64,000 nt of DNA, taken from the NCBI GenBank assembly GCA_017557785.1, contig JAFYYA010000050.1:32281-96280 (forward strand), written 5' to 3'. The DNA comes from Salinivirgaceae bacterium (GTDB lineage: Bacteria; Bacteroidota; Bacteroidia; Bacteroidales; SZUA-534). Each line of letters starts with the position of its first letter. The first letter of the stretch is position 1. The position numbers and the translations under genes were made by a program. Under the pieces are notes generated by a model. The model had not been told where the DNA came from. It ran no database searches and worked only from the letters and a program-made list of their open reading frames with translations. This document shows, piece by piece, positions 46,696-56,379 of this stretch.

Positions 46696-47511
46696 ATGAT
46701 TGAAGATTTCAAAAGAACAGCCGAATTCGTCTTGCAGGGGCTTAATTACAAGCCGCAGGTGGGAATTGTGCTGGGTAGTGGTCTGGGCGGTTTGGGCGAC
46801 AAAATAAAAGTTGATAAATCAATTGCTTACAAAGACATTCCTGGCTTCCCGATTTCGACTGTCGATGGGCATAAGGGACAGTTGCTGCTGGGTTCGCTCG
46901 GCAACAAGAAAGTGGTGGCAATGCAGGGGCGGTTCCATTACTACGAGAACTACGAGATGAACCAACTCACATTCCCCATCCGCGTGATGAAATTCCTGGG
47001 CATCGAGATTCTGATTGTGTCGAACGCTTCGGGCGGAATCAACCCCACGTTCAAGGTTGGCGACATTATGGTCATCCGCGACCACATCAACAATTTCCCC
47101 GAAAATCCGCTGCGCGGCTACAACTATCACGAACTGGGCCCGCGTTTCCCCGATATGAGCAAGACCTACGACGGCGAACTCATTTCGCGCGCGCACAAAA
47201 TTGCCGAACGGCACGGAATCAAACTGCAAGAAGGCGTGTACATTGGCAGCCCTGGCCCGACGCTTGAGACGCCTGCCGAATACAAGATGTTCCGCATCTG
47301 GGGCGCCGACGCCACTGGAATGTCGACTGTGCCCGAAGTGATTGTGGCCCATCATATGGGAATCCGCGTTCTTGGCCTGTCGATAATCACCAACACCGAC
47401 AAGCCCGCAACGCCCGATGGCGAGACCACGCACGACGAAGTTCAGGACGTGGCAGGCCGCGTTGAACCGCAAATGACAACAATAATCACAGAACTTATAA
47501 ACGAACTGTAA
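46696..47511 (+). CDS. punA: Purine nucleoside phosphorylase (trimeric PNP/XapA family)
   Basis: IVLGSGLG, GHKG, QGRFHYYE, NASGG, DHIN, GPTLETPAE, GMSTVPE. Confidence 0.93.
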   Translation: MIEDFKRTAEFVLQGLNYKPQVGIVLGSGLGGLGDKIKVDKSIAYKDIPGFPISTVDGHKGQLLLGSLGNKKVVAMQGRFHYYENYEMNQLTFPIRVMKFLGIEILIVSNASGGINPTFKVGDIMVIRDHINNFPENPLRGYNYHELGPRFPDMSKTYDGELISRAHKIAERHGIKLQEGVYIGSPGPTLETPAEYKMFRIWGADATGMSTVPEVIVAHHMGIRVLGLSIITNTDKPATPDGETTHDEVQDVAGRVEPQMTTIITELINEL

Positions 47512-47565
47512 TCTGATACAGAGTTGATAATCTGCGATTTAAGTCGAGATAAAATGAGAACAGCA

Positions 47566-50397
47566 ATGAGCCATACAAAAATCAGGCGGTTGCTGTTCTT
47601 GTTTTTTGCGCTTTTCGCGATGTCGGCGCAAGGCCAATTCTACGATAGCGGTCAGGACCGTTTCCGCAGGCTATCTTACATCAGGACAGCGCATTTCGAC
47701 GTGATTTTTCCGCAGAGCGAAACGGCGCTGGGGCAAATCTACGCCAACAATCTTGAGCAGGCTTACAAGTTCGGCGGCAAAACGCTCGACTGGCAGCCGC
47801 GAAGGGTTCCTGCCGTGCTGTTCACTTCGTCGGCGTACGCCAATGGCGAAGTGGCTTGGGCGCCGCGGCGGATGAACTTGCTCACAACGGCTTCGCCCGA
47901 TAACTACCAACACGTTTGGAATCAGCAACTTGTGCTGCACGAATTCCGCCACGTGGTGCAAACCGATATGCTGAATCAGGGCGCATCGCGGTTTTTCAGC
48001 ATCTTGCTCGGCGAGCAGTACACAGGGCTTCTGCTCGGGCTGCACGTGCCTTACTGGTTTTTGGAAGGCGATGCTGTGGCGTACGAAACGGGCGCTTCAA
48101 CATCGGGGCGCGGGCGCACGGGCGATTTCACCAACCGTCTGGCCGCACAGGTGGCGCAGAAGGGCGTTTTCAGTTATCAGAAAGCAATGTTCGGCTCGTT
48201 TGCCGACAATGTGCCAACGCGCTATCATCTTGGCTATCAACTAATAAGTTATGGTCGGCAGCAATATGGCGCACAACTTTGGCCGAATGCGATGACACGA
48301 GTGGCGCGCCACCCGATTGCGCTGCGACCGTTTGGCCGAGGAATACGCGAAACCACTGGTTTAAAGGAAGTTGAGTTCTATCGTGCGGCACTTCAACCGC
48401 TTGCCACGGGCCCGAAAAACGCCGCCCCCGACAATGCCCGACTGCTTACAAAGCCAACGCCGCGCGACTACACAAGTTATTTTGTGCCGCAGAAAAATGC
48501 ACAGGGTGAGGTTGTGGCCTTACGCGAGCAACTGTCTGATATTCCGTCATTTGTAGTAATTGACACCACCAAACACCGCGTCAGAAAAATCACCCGACCT
48601 GGGCCGATGAACATCAAGCATTTCTCAACATCGGGCAACTTGTTGGTTTGGAATCAGTTGCGCTACACTCGTTGGGAAAATGCCAACCACAGTCAGATTG
48701 TGACTTACGACCTTGACCGTCAACGAAAACGCACTCTGGTTCGCCGTGGGCGGTACTACGGCTCAACGCTTTCGCACTCGGCAACTCAAATAGCGTCAAT
48801 CAGTTATAGCGATTCATCACAGTGGGCTGTCGAACTTCACAACCTTGACGGCAGTCGGGCGGCGCGGTTTCAAACGGGCAATTCCGTGCCTGTGCGCGTG
48901 GCTTGGTCCGACGATGATAAACGGCTGGCTTACATTGCGATAGAGCAGGATAGCAAGTCGGTTTCGGTGATTGATTTGGAACACCACACCATCGACACCG
49001 TGCTGCCACAAATCAACGATGACATCTCGAATCTACTGTTCTGCGGCAACAAACTCTATATGACTGGCAACCACAACGGCAACACCGCCTGGTATGCTTA
49101 CAGCCTGACTGACAGTACTTTCGGCGTTGTGGCTGAAAGTCCGTTCGGGGTGGGCACAGGCAGCGTGAACGGCGACAGCCTGCTGTTCACTTACTACACC
49201 GCCGATGGCTTTCAGATTGCTGAAAAACAGATTGATAGACTTACTAAAACTGAAATGCCGACGGCCATTGTAAACAGTCAGACGCAAGCGCTCGCCGAAC
49301 AAGAGCAAAGGGTTGTTTTCGGCGGCGATAGCGTGTATAAAGTACAGCGTTACAGCCGTTTGGCGCATCTGCTCAACATTCACAGTTGGGGACCGCTCTC
49401 GGTGCGGATTGACGATTCGGAAGTTGGTCCTGGCTTGACCATAATGTCGCAAGACGCACTTTCCACATCGTTCCTAACGGCTGGTTATCAATGGCTTACC
49501 GCTGAAAGCAAAGACGATTATTTCCTTGAATACCGCTACAAGGGCTTTTTTCCGATAATCGGTGCGCGTGGCGACATCTATAAGTTTAAGGCACAGCAAG
49601 AAACGAACAAAGGCAACATTACGATTGACGTTTTGCGGAAACGCGGTGTGGCGTTTTTACAAGTGCCTATGACGCTGAAAACTAGCGTTTTCACCACATC
49701 GCTTACAGCGCAAGCATCATACCAATATCTAAACACAGAATTAAACTACGATGACTACGACCGCCGCGGCCGCCGCGTGAGCAACTCTCGCGACACCACC
49801 GACCATACACTGGGCTATTGCCTTTATTTTCAATCGTTAAGGCGGCTTGCACACCGCGATTTGCAGTCGCGATGGGGCATCGTTCTTCGCGGCGACTACC
49901 ATCACTACATCGACCAGCCCGAAAACCATCAAATTGCGGCGCAGGCGTGGCTCTATCTGCCAGGACCGTACCGCAACCAGGGCATTACGATTTATGGCGG
50001 CTGGCAGGAAAACAACCGTAACAATCTTGTATTCAATTCGTTGGTACTTTATCCGCGTGGTTACAAAGCGGTGCCGAACACTCGGCTCAAAACATTAATG
50101 ATATCGTACTGTGGACCGCTTTTCTATCCCGATTTGAGTATCGGCAGTGCGCTGTATATCAAGCGAATAAAAGGTAAACTCTTTTGTGATTTCGCCGAAG
50201 CCGTCAACGAAGGAAAAACCACATCAATGCGCTCAACAGGCTACGACCTGACGGTCGATTTCCACATCTATCGCTTTGCGGTGCCCATCTCGGCTGGTAT
50301 GCGATATGCCCACTGTTTGACGCTGAACGACAATTACTTCGGTTTGCTGCTTTCGATGAATTTCAGCGGATTGTTCGGCCAATCGCCACGTGAATAG
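47566..50397 (+). CDS. Outer-membrane protein: gluzincin-like domain + beta-propeller + C-terminal beta-barrel
   Basis: Signal peptide; HEFRH...WFLEGDA zincin motif; propeller-like middle; amphipathic C-terminal strands (STGYDLTVDF, ISAGMRY). Confidence 0.65.
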   Translation: MSHTKIRRLLFLFFALFAMSAQGQFYDSGQDRFRRLSYIRTAHFDVIFPQSETALGQIYANNLEQAYKFGGKTLDWQPRRVPAVLFTSSAYANGEVAWAPRRMNLLTTASPDNYQHVWNQQLVLHEFRHVVQTDMLNQGASRFFSILLGEQYTGLLLGLHVPYWFLEGDAVAYETGASTSGRGRTGDFTNRLAAQVAQKGVFSYQKAMFGSFADNVPTRYHLGYQLISYGRQQYGAQLWPNAMTRVARHPIALRPFGRGIRETTGLKEVEFYRAALQPLATGPKNAAPDNARLLTKPTPRDYTSYFVPQKNAQGEVVALREQLSDIPSFVVIDTTKHRVRKITRPGPMNIKHFSTSGNLLVWNQLRYTRWENANHSQIVTYDLDRQRKRTLVRRGRYYGSTLSHSATQIASISYSDSSQWAVELHNLDGSRAARFQTGNSVPVRVAWSDDDKRLAYIAIEQDSKSVSVIDLEHHTIDTVLPQINDDISNLLFCGNKLYMTGNHNGNTAWYAYSLTDSTFGVVAESPFGVGTGSVNGDSLLFTYYTADGFQIAEKQIDRLTKTEMPTAIVNSQTQALAEQEQRVVFGGDSVYKVQRYSRLAHLLNIHSWGPLSVRIDDSEVGPGLTIMSQDALSTSFLTAGYQWLTAESKDDYFLEYRYKGFFPIIGARGDIYKFKAQQETNKGNITIDVLRKRGVAFLQVPMTLKTSVFTTSLTAQASYQYLNTELNYDDYDRRGRRVSNSRDTTDHTLGYCLYFQSLRRLAHRDLQSRWGIVLRGDYHHYIDQPENHQIAAQAWLYLPGPYRNQGITIYGGWQENNRNNLVFNSLVLYPRGYKAVPNTRLKTLMISYCGPLFYPDLSIGSALYIKRIKGKLFCDFAEAVNEGKTTSMRSTGYDLTVDFHIYRFAVPISAGMRYAHCLTLNDNYFGLLLSMNFSGLFGQSPRE

Positions 50398-50497
50398 TAA
50401 GTGAAAAACGTACAATCTAACGGCTTTTCTTGCTCAAATCCTACATTTATCTACTTTTATGGACTTTTTTAAACATCAATTTTAATACGATTTAGCA

Positions 50498-50620
50498 ATG
50501 TTTGGAATTTCCGACCCTGGTATCTGGATTGTCTATCTGCTGTCGATTTTATGCGTGATAGGCTCGATAATTTTTGGCATAAAGTATTGGAACAAAGAAG
50601 ACGATGCCGACAATCTTTAG
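50498..50620 (+). CDS. Small single-TM accessory protein of sodium:solute symporter (40 aa; absent from ORF track)
   Basis: MFGISDPGIWIVYLLSILCVIGSIIFGIKYWNKEDDADNL, 23 bp upstream of SSS gene. Confidence 0.8.
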   Translation: MFGISDPGIWIVYLLSILCVIGSIIFGIKYWNKEDDADNL

Positions 50621-50643
50621 TATTAACTATCAATAATTTATAG

Positions 50644-52242
50644 ATGGAAAATTTTTCGATGTATATGATTGTGATGGTCTACTTCCTGGCCATCGCGTTT
50701 TTGGGATTTTTGGGCTATAAGAAGACGAAAAACTCAAAGGATTTCTTGATTGGCGGCGGCGAGATGAACCCCATCGTGATGTCGCTCTCGTATGGCGCAA
50801 CGTTCATATCTGCTTCAGCCATAGTGGGTTTCGGCGGTGTGGCCGCAACCTTCGGAATGGGCATTCAGTGGCTGATGTTCCTGAATATGTTTGTGGGCGT
50901 GGTCATCGCGTTCATCATCTTCGGACGGCCAACGCGTCGCATCGGCGCGAAACTGCACGCCACATCGTTCGCCCACTTCCTTGGTGCTTACTACAACTCA
51001 AAGAGAATCAGAGTTTTTGCAGCATCGGTCATCTTCCTTTGTATGCCACTCTACGCTGCGGCAGTGCTTCGCGGCGGCGTGTTCTGTATGCAGGAAGTGT
51101 TCGGAATCAGTTTCGACCTTTCTTTGCTGATTTTCACCGTGATAGTTGCATCGTATGTGATGGCTGGCGGTATGAAGGGTGTGATGTACACCGATGCCCT
51201 GCAGGCCGTGATAATGTTCATATGTATGGGCGTGCTGGTTTTCGGCGTTTACAAGGCTCTGCATATGGGCTTCGGCGAAGCCAACCGTGCGCTCGAAGCA
51301 ATGTCGGACCGCGTGCCCGAGAAACTTGCCGCTATCGGTCACCAGGGCTGGACGGCAATGCCGCGCTTCGGGTCGCAGCAATGGTTCACGCTTGTCACAT
51401 CGATGATTATGGGCGTGGGCATCGGCTGCCTTGCGCAACCGCAATTGGTTGTCCGCTTTATGACCGTCAACAGCACAAAGAAACTGAACCAAGGCGTTGC
51501 CATCGGCTGCGTGTTCCTGATTATCACCGTTGGCGTGATTTACCACGTTGGCGCACTCTCGAACCTTTATTTCCTGCAAAACGATGGCAAAATCGCCGCA
51601 GCAATGGTTGACGCATCCGACAAGATTATTCCGTATTTCATTGGCCGCGTGATGCCGACTTGGTTCGTGACCATCTTTATGCTCTGCATTCTGTCGGCAA
51701 GTATGTCGACGTTGAGCGCGCAGTTCCACACAATGGGCGCGTCGGCTGGCGGCGACATCTACGGCACTTACATCAATTCGGGCCGTCGCCTGAACCGCGA
51801 GCACAAAGACCGTATGACCATTATGATTCGTCTGGCGGTTTTGGTTTCGATACTCATCAGTTACGTAATTTGCTTTGTATTAGGCGAAAGCAGCGACTCG
51901 CCAGTCATCGCCATCAGCACATCGCTCTTTATGGGCATCTGCGCTTCGGCGTTCCTGCCGTCGTACTTCTGCGCTCTCTACTGGAAACGTGTGACTAAGC
52001 AAGGCGCTTTCGCGAGTATGATTGTGGGCGTGGTGGTGACCATTCTGCTGCTGCTGTTCATCCACGCCAAAGAAGCCACGGCGCTTGGCGTCTGCAAGGC
52101 TCTGTTCGGCACCGATGTGCTCATCACTGATGGTATGATGAAATTCATTGACCCGATTATGTTCGCCTTCCCGCTCTCGTGCATCACCATTGTTGTGGTT
52201 AGTCTGCTGACGGGGAAGAAGAAAAAGAAGATTGCCGCATAA
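50644..52242 (+). CDS. Sodium:solute symporter (SSS) family
   Basis: DFLIGG, SYGATFIS, GGMKGVMYTDALQ, QPQLVVRF, SASMST; ~13 TM. Confidence 0.92.
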   Translation: MENFSMYMIVMVYFLAIAFLGFLGYKKTKNSKDFLIGGGEMNPIVMSLSYGATFISASAIVGFGGVAATFGMGIQWLMFLNMFVGVVIAFIIFGRPTRRIGAKLHATSFAHFLGAYYNSKRIRVFAASVIFLCMPLYAAAVLRGGVFCMQEVFGISFDLSLLIFTVIVASYVMAGGMKGVMYTDALQAVIMFICMGVLVFGVYKALHMGFGEANRALEAMSDRVPEKLAAIGHQGWTAMPRFGSQQWFTLVTSMIMGVGIGCLAQPQLVVRFMTVNSTKKLNQGVAIGCVFLIITVGVIYHVGALSNLYFLQNDGKIAAAMVDASDKIIPYFIGRVMPTWFVTIFMLCILSASMSTLSAQFHTMGASAGGDIYGTYINSGRRLNREHKDRMTIMIRLAVLVSILISYVICFVLGESSDSPVIAISTSLFMGICASAFLPSYFCALYWKRVTKQGAFASMIVGVVVTILLLLFIHAKEATALGVCKALFGTDVLITDGMMKFIDPIMFAFPLSCITIVVVSLLTGKKKKKIAA

Positions 52243-52276
52243 TAAACTAGCAGTCAATCTGCAGTTTACAAATCAT

Positions 52277-52314
52277 TCCAGCAATTCCGAAATTCGGGGT
52301 TGCTGGATTTTTTT
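52277..52314 (+). terminator. Intrinsic terminator
   Basis: TCCAGCAATTCCGA-aat-TCGGGGTTGCTGGA-TTTTTTT. Confidence 0.85.
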
Positions 52315-52408
52315 GTGGAAAAACTCAAATTACAAGCCAATTACAGAATAAATGTTATCTTGCTTTGCTGTGCGATTTGAATTTAATGCATAGCGAAACC
52401 GATTGTCG

Positions 52409-54166
52409 ATGAGTAAATTATATAAATCGATTCCTTACGTTGCTGTGGCGCTTGCCGTGTACGCCTTTTACGCTTTCGCTTATGGCGCGACGTTGCAGTA
52501 CGGCGAGCAATACCAACTTTTTCAGTCCACAACAGGCTATTTTCTCGGCCTGCTTGCCCGTCCAGGCGGATTGGCAATGTATGTCGGTCGGTTTCTGACG
52601 CAGTTTTTCATAATCCCGCTAGTGGGGGCCATATTTATTTCGATGCTGTCGACTGGGATATTTGCTTGCGTGCTGCGTCTTTCAAAATCAAGCAAATACG
52701 GTTGTCAGATGGCGGTTCTGGTGGCCTTGTTGTCGGCTTGCATTTTGCTCGATAGGCAGACGCTGCTCAACGGGCTGGTTTGTATTTCGATAGGATGCTT
52801 TATTTTGCTATTAATCAACTCGATAAAAAACGATAGGTTAGTTGCCGCACTGCTTCCGATAATTGTTTTTGCCACATATTGGATTGCTGACGGAATTCCC
52901 GCGGCGATTGTTGCGGGATACGTGCTTTGCAATTATTTCGTGGCGCAAAAAGATAAATCACTATTGGTCAGTGCTTTAATCTCGCTGCTGATAGTTGTTG
53001 CGTCACCATTTATGGCGCGTCAACTGTTTGGTGTTCAACTAAATGCAACGCGCGCCTTCTTAGGGGCCGATTATTCGCGATATGTGATTTTTCTGCCGAC
53101 GCTGCCAATCGTCATTGGCTGTCTTTTGGCCTTTCTACCGATAATCGACAAATTGTTGAACAGCAACTTTTTGCAAAAGTTTGACAAGCCTTCTCGTCAT
53201 TTTTCTATTTCATCAGTAACCGTCTGGATATTAGCGTTTTCAGTTGTAAGTGCAGTTTTTGCTAGCAATGTTGATTTCAATACCAATCGCAAGTGCGCCA
53301 TTGAATATAATGTGCGGACGCAGAATTGGAAGAAGGCTGTCGAAATTGCTGACAATGAGCAAGAAATTGATGCCTTGACAATGTCGTATATCAATCTGGC
53401 TCTGGCCAAAACCAATCGGCTGGGCGAAAAGATGTTCGCTTACAAGCAGATTGGCTCATTGGGGTTGATTCCTGATTTCGAGACAGATAGCGACGTGTCA
53501 ATGGCTTTGAGCGAGATTTATTACCATTTGGGATTCATCAATTTTGCCGAGCGTTTTGCTTTTGAAGCCGCCAAAGCCAGCCCCGACTACCAGGAAAGCG
53601 TTCGTGCGGTCAAGCGGCTTGCCGAGACGAACATCATCAAAAAGAACTATCCGCTGGCTCGCAAGTATCTTGCAATGCTCGAAAACACAACGTTTTACGC
53701 CAAATGGGCACAAAAATGTCGTCGCGCCATCGACAGCAATCGCACCGATGAAAATGCCGAATGGGCGCAACTGAGAAGTTTTCGGAATGCCAGCGACTAT
53801 TATTACACTGAAAGAGAGAAAGATGCAATGCTGTTTGATAAATTCTCGATGAACCAGAATAATCGGTTGGCCTACGAGTATCTGATGACTTTCTATCTGT
53901 TAAACAAAGATATAGAGCACTTTATGCAATATGCCGAGTATGGCGGGCGTTTCTATGGCATTGCGTTCCCGCGGGCGTTCCGCGAAGCGGCCATTTTCCA
54001 TCTGCGAATGACGAACCCCGAAGCGGTGAAGGATTTCGGCACGGCCGACCGCCTGATGCTCGACAAATTCTACGAGTTCGGCAAAATTTACAACGCCAAC
54101 CATCACGATTCGCGTCTGGCCGCACGTTTTGGCGACACCTATTGGTTTTATCTGTTTAACGAATGA
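52409..54166 (+). CDS. DUF6057-family multi-pass membrane protein with TPR-like C-terminus (copy 2)
   Basis: EQYQLF...PGGLAMYVGRFLTQF, NLALA, AERFAFEA, ARKYL..L, AYEYL, FGDTYWFY. Confidence 0.82.
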   Translation: MSKLYKSIPYVAVALAVYAFYAFAYGATLQYGEQYQLFQSTTGYFLGLLARPGGLAMYVGRFLTQFFIIPLVGAIFISMLSTGIFACVLRLSKSSKYGCQMAVLVALLSACILLDRQTLLNGLVCISIGCFILLLINSIKNDRLVAALLPIIVFATYWIADGIPAAIVAGYVLCNYFVAQKDKSLLVSALISLLIVVASPFMARQLFGVQLNATRAFLGADYSRYVIFLPTLPIVIGCLLAFLPIIDKLLNSNFLQKFDKPSRHFSISSVTVWILAFSVVSAVFASNVDFNTNRKCAIEYNVRTQNWKKAVEIADNEQEIDALTMSYINLALAKTNRLGEKMFAYKQIGSLGLIPDFETDSDVSMALSEIYYHLGFINFAERFAFEAAKASPDYQESVRAVKRLAETNIIKKNYPLARKYLAMLENTTFYAKWAQKCRRAIDSNRTDENAEWAQLRSFRNASDYYYTEREKDAMLFDKFSMNQNNRLAYEYLMTFYLLNKDIEHFMQYAEYGGRFYGIAFPRAFREAAIFHLRMTNPEAVKDFGTADRLMLDKFYEFGKIYNANHHDSRLAARFGDTYWFYLFNE

Positions 54167-55632
54167 TGGCAATGAGAATAAATATTATAATCGTTTTATT
54201 GTCAATGTTTTGTGCAGCGTGCAACGAACGAGTTGACCTTTCGGCAACTTCCGATGCGCTGCCGCCCGTAACGCCCGATTATGCGTCGGTGACAGTGCCT
54301 GTAAACATTGCCCCGCTTAACATTATGGCTGACGGCAAGGCCGAAAAAATCGACGTGACTATTTGTTCGTCAGACGGGAAAGCGGTTCTTCACTCGCAAT
54401 CGGCACAAGCCACAAGTTTCAACATTGCCGAATGGCATCGTCTGCTTGCCGAAAATATCGGTAAATCAATCGTTTACAAAGTAGCGATAAAAAAGAATGG
54501 CAAATGGACGCAATACAAACCTTTTGATATTTTTGTCAGCCCCGACAGTATCGATTACGGATTGGTTTACAGGCTGATAGCGCCTGGTTACGAGACATTT
54601 GCAAGTATGGGCATCTATGAGCGCAATCTCTCAAACTTCGAGCAACGCACGATTGTTGAGAACAACTTGCTGCAGAACAACTGCGTCAACTGCCACTCGT
54701 TTTGCCAATGGAAAACCGACAAGATGAGCCTGCACGTCCGCGGTTCGCACGGCTGCACAATAATTCTGACGGACAATCAGTTGCAAGTTTATAACACCCG
54801 AACCGACAGCACTCGCGGCAACTGCGTTTATCCGTCGTGGCACCCTGACGGCCGCCATATTGCCTATTCGGTGAACGAAACCCGACAGATTTTCCACGCC
54901 GCCAATCCTAAGCGCATCGAAGTCATCGACCGCTGGTCGGATGTGGTTGTGCTTGATACCAAGACAAATACGCTCTCGAGTTCGCCGCTTTTGATGTCGA
55001 AAGACAAATTTGAGACGTTCCCTTATTTTTCACCCGACGGCAAATGGCTCTATTTCTGCAGCGCAAAAGCCGTTGATATGGACACCGCGCCCCAAAGCGT
55101 GCATTACGACCTTTGCCGCATTGCTTTCGATAGCGAATTGGGTACGTTGGGCAATCAGGTAGATACGATTGTAAACGCTTCATCCATCGGCAAAAGCGTT
55201 TCGTTTCCGCGTCCGTCGCCCGATGGCAGGTTTGTGGCCTACACGCTTTCCGATTACGGGCAATTCTCAATCTGGCATCCCGAGTCTGACGTTTGGCTGC
55301 TCAATCTTTCCGATGGCACAACCCGCCGTCTCGACAACCTGAACAGCAATGATGTCGACAGTTATCATAGTTGGTCGTCTAACGGACGATGGATGGTGGT
55401 TTCGAGCCGCCGCGAGAACGGGTTGTTTACGCAGCCGTATTTTGCCCATATCGACACCTGCGGCAATGCAACAAAGGCTTTCCGTCTGCCGCTTCGTTCG
55501 CCCGCCGACTTCGACGAGATGTTCTACTCATTCAACGTTCCTGAATTTATTGCCGAGCCCATTCGGTTGAATGTCAGAGAATTGGAAAAGAAGGTTGAAC
55601 GGCATGATTTGAAGAAATTCACGTTTAAATAA
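54163..55632 (+). CDS. TolB-like/PD40 beta-propeller lipoprotein with CVNCH motif (copy 2)
   Basis: Lipobox CAAC; PDY..VTVPVNIAPLN, YRLIAPGY, CVNCHSF, YPSWHPDG, FPRPSPDG, SYHSWSSNG. Confidence 0.82.
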   Translation: MMAMRINIIIVLLSMFCAACNERVDLSATSDALPPVTPDYASVTVPVNIAPLNIMADGKAEKIDVTICSSDGKAVLHSQSAQATSFNIAEWHRLLAENIGKSIVYKVAIKKNGKWTQYKPFDIFVSPDSIDYGLVYRLIAPGYETFASMGIYERNLSNFEQRTIVENNLLQNNCVNCHSFCQWKTDKMSLHVRGSHGCTIILTDNQLQVYNTRTDSTRGNCVYPSWHPDGRHIAYSVNETRQIFHAANPKRIEVIDRWSDVVVLDTKTNTLSSSPLLMSKDKFETFPYFSPDGKWLYFCSAKAVDMDTAPQSVHYDLCRIAFDSELGTLGNQVDTIVNASSIGKSVSFPRPSPDGRFVAYTLSDYGQFSIWHPESDVWLLNLSDGTTRRLDNLNSNDVDSYHSWSSNGRWMVVSSRRENGLFTQPYFAHIDTCGNATKAFRLPLRSPADFDEMFYSFNVPEFIAEPIRLNVRELEKKVERHDLKKFTFK

Positions 55633-55652
55633 AACGGGCGTAGTGCATTGAA

Positions 55653-56294
55653 TCAACTTCGCCCTTTCAGTGCTTCGTCTTCTTCTGCGGTGTCGTCTTT
55701 CATCAGCGGCAGACTGGCACTTTTGCGGACGGCCCAGATGCGAATCAGAATCACTGACGATGCGCTCAAAATCTCGCACATGGCATTGCCGATGCCAATT
55801 TTTTGGCAAATATAAAAGATGAAACCGCCTAATATGCAGGCAGTTGCGTATACGTCTTTGCGGAAGATGAGCGGCACTTCGTTGATGAGCGTGTCGCGCA
55901 GAATGCCGCCCGCCGCGCCCGTCAGCGTGCCCATGATGATGTTCACCCAAATAGGAAATCCCGCTGCAAGGCTTTTCTCGAATCCCACAACAGTGAACAG
56001 ACCAAGCCCGATGGCATCGAACAGGAACATTGTGGTGTTCATTCGAACCAGTTGCTTGCCGAGAATTATCACCAGCAGAAGTGCAAAACCTGTGACAATC
56101 AGATAAGAAGGCTGTAGCATCCAAAAAGGTGTGACGCCGAGCAGAAGGTCGCGGATGGTGCCGCCGCCCACAGCCGTCACCAAACCGACAACGTAGGCGC
56201 CAAACCAGTCGAATTTCTTCGCTGCCGCCATGCGGATTCCGCTTATCGCGAAAGCGAAAGTTCCGATGTAGTCGAGTATGATGGTGAAAGTCAT
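55653..56294 (-). CDS. TRIC/UPF0126 (YadS-like) membrane protein
   Basis: GTFAFAISG, TAVGGGTIRD, DAIGLGLF, GGILRD, YATA duplicated motifs. Confidence 0.92.
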   Translation of the reverse strand: MTFTIILDYIGTFAFAISGIRMAAAKKFDWFGAYVVGLVTAVGGGTIRDLLLGVTPFWMLQPSYLIVTGFALLLVIILGKQLVRMNTTMFLFDAIGLGLFTVVGFEKSLAAGFPIWVNIIMGTLTGAAGGILRDTLINEVPLIFRKDVYATACILGGFIFYICQKIGIGNAMCEILSASSVILIRIWAVRKSASLPLMKDDTAEEDEALKGRS

Positions 56295-56297
56295 GGA

Positions 56298-56379
56298 AGT
56301 TAGGTGTTGGGGGGTAGGTGTTAGTTAATTACGAATTTTGAATTACGAATTACGACCATTGTCCGTTGTCTGTAGTCTA
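56298..56379. repeat. Three heptamer families in one junction: (TAGGTGT), (AATTACG), (TGTAGTC)
   Basis: taggtgt tgggggg taggtgt; aattacg aattttg aattacg aattacg; attgtc cgttgtc tgtagtc. Confidence 0.85.

Noticed and set aside
2023-56379. Repeat blocks as CRISPR arrays
   Set aside because: Units are 7-9 bp, contiguous and degenerate, with no spacers and no cas genes.
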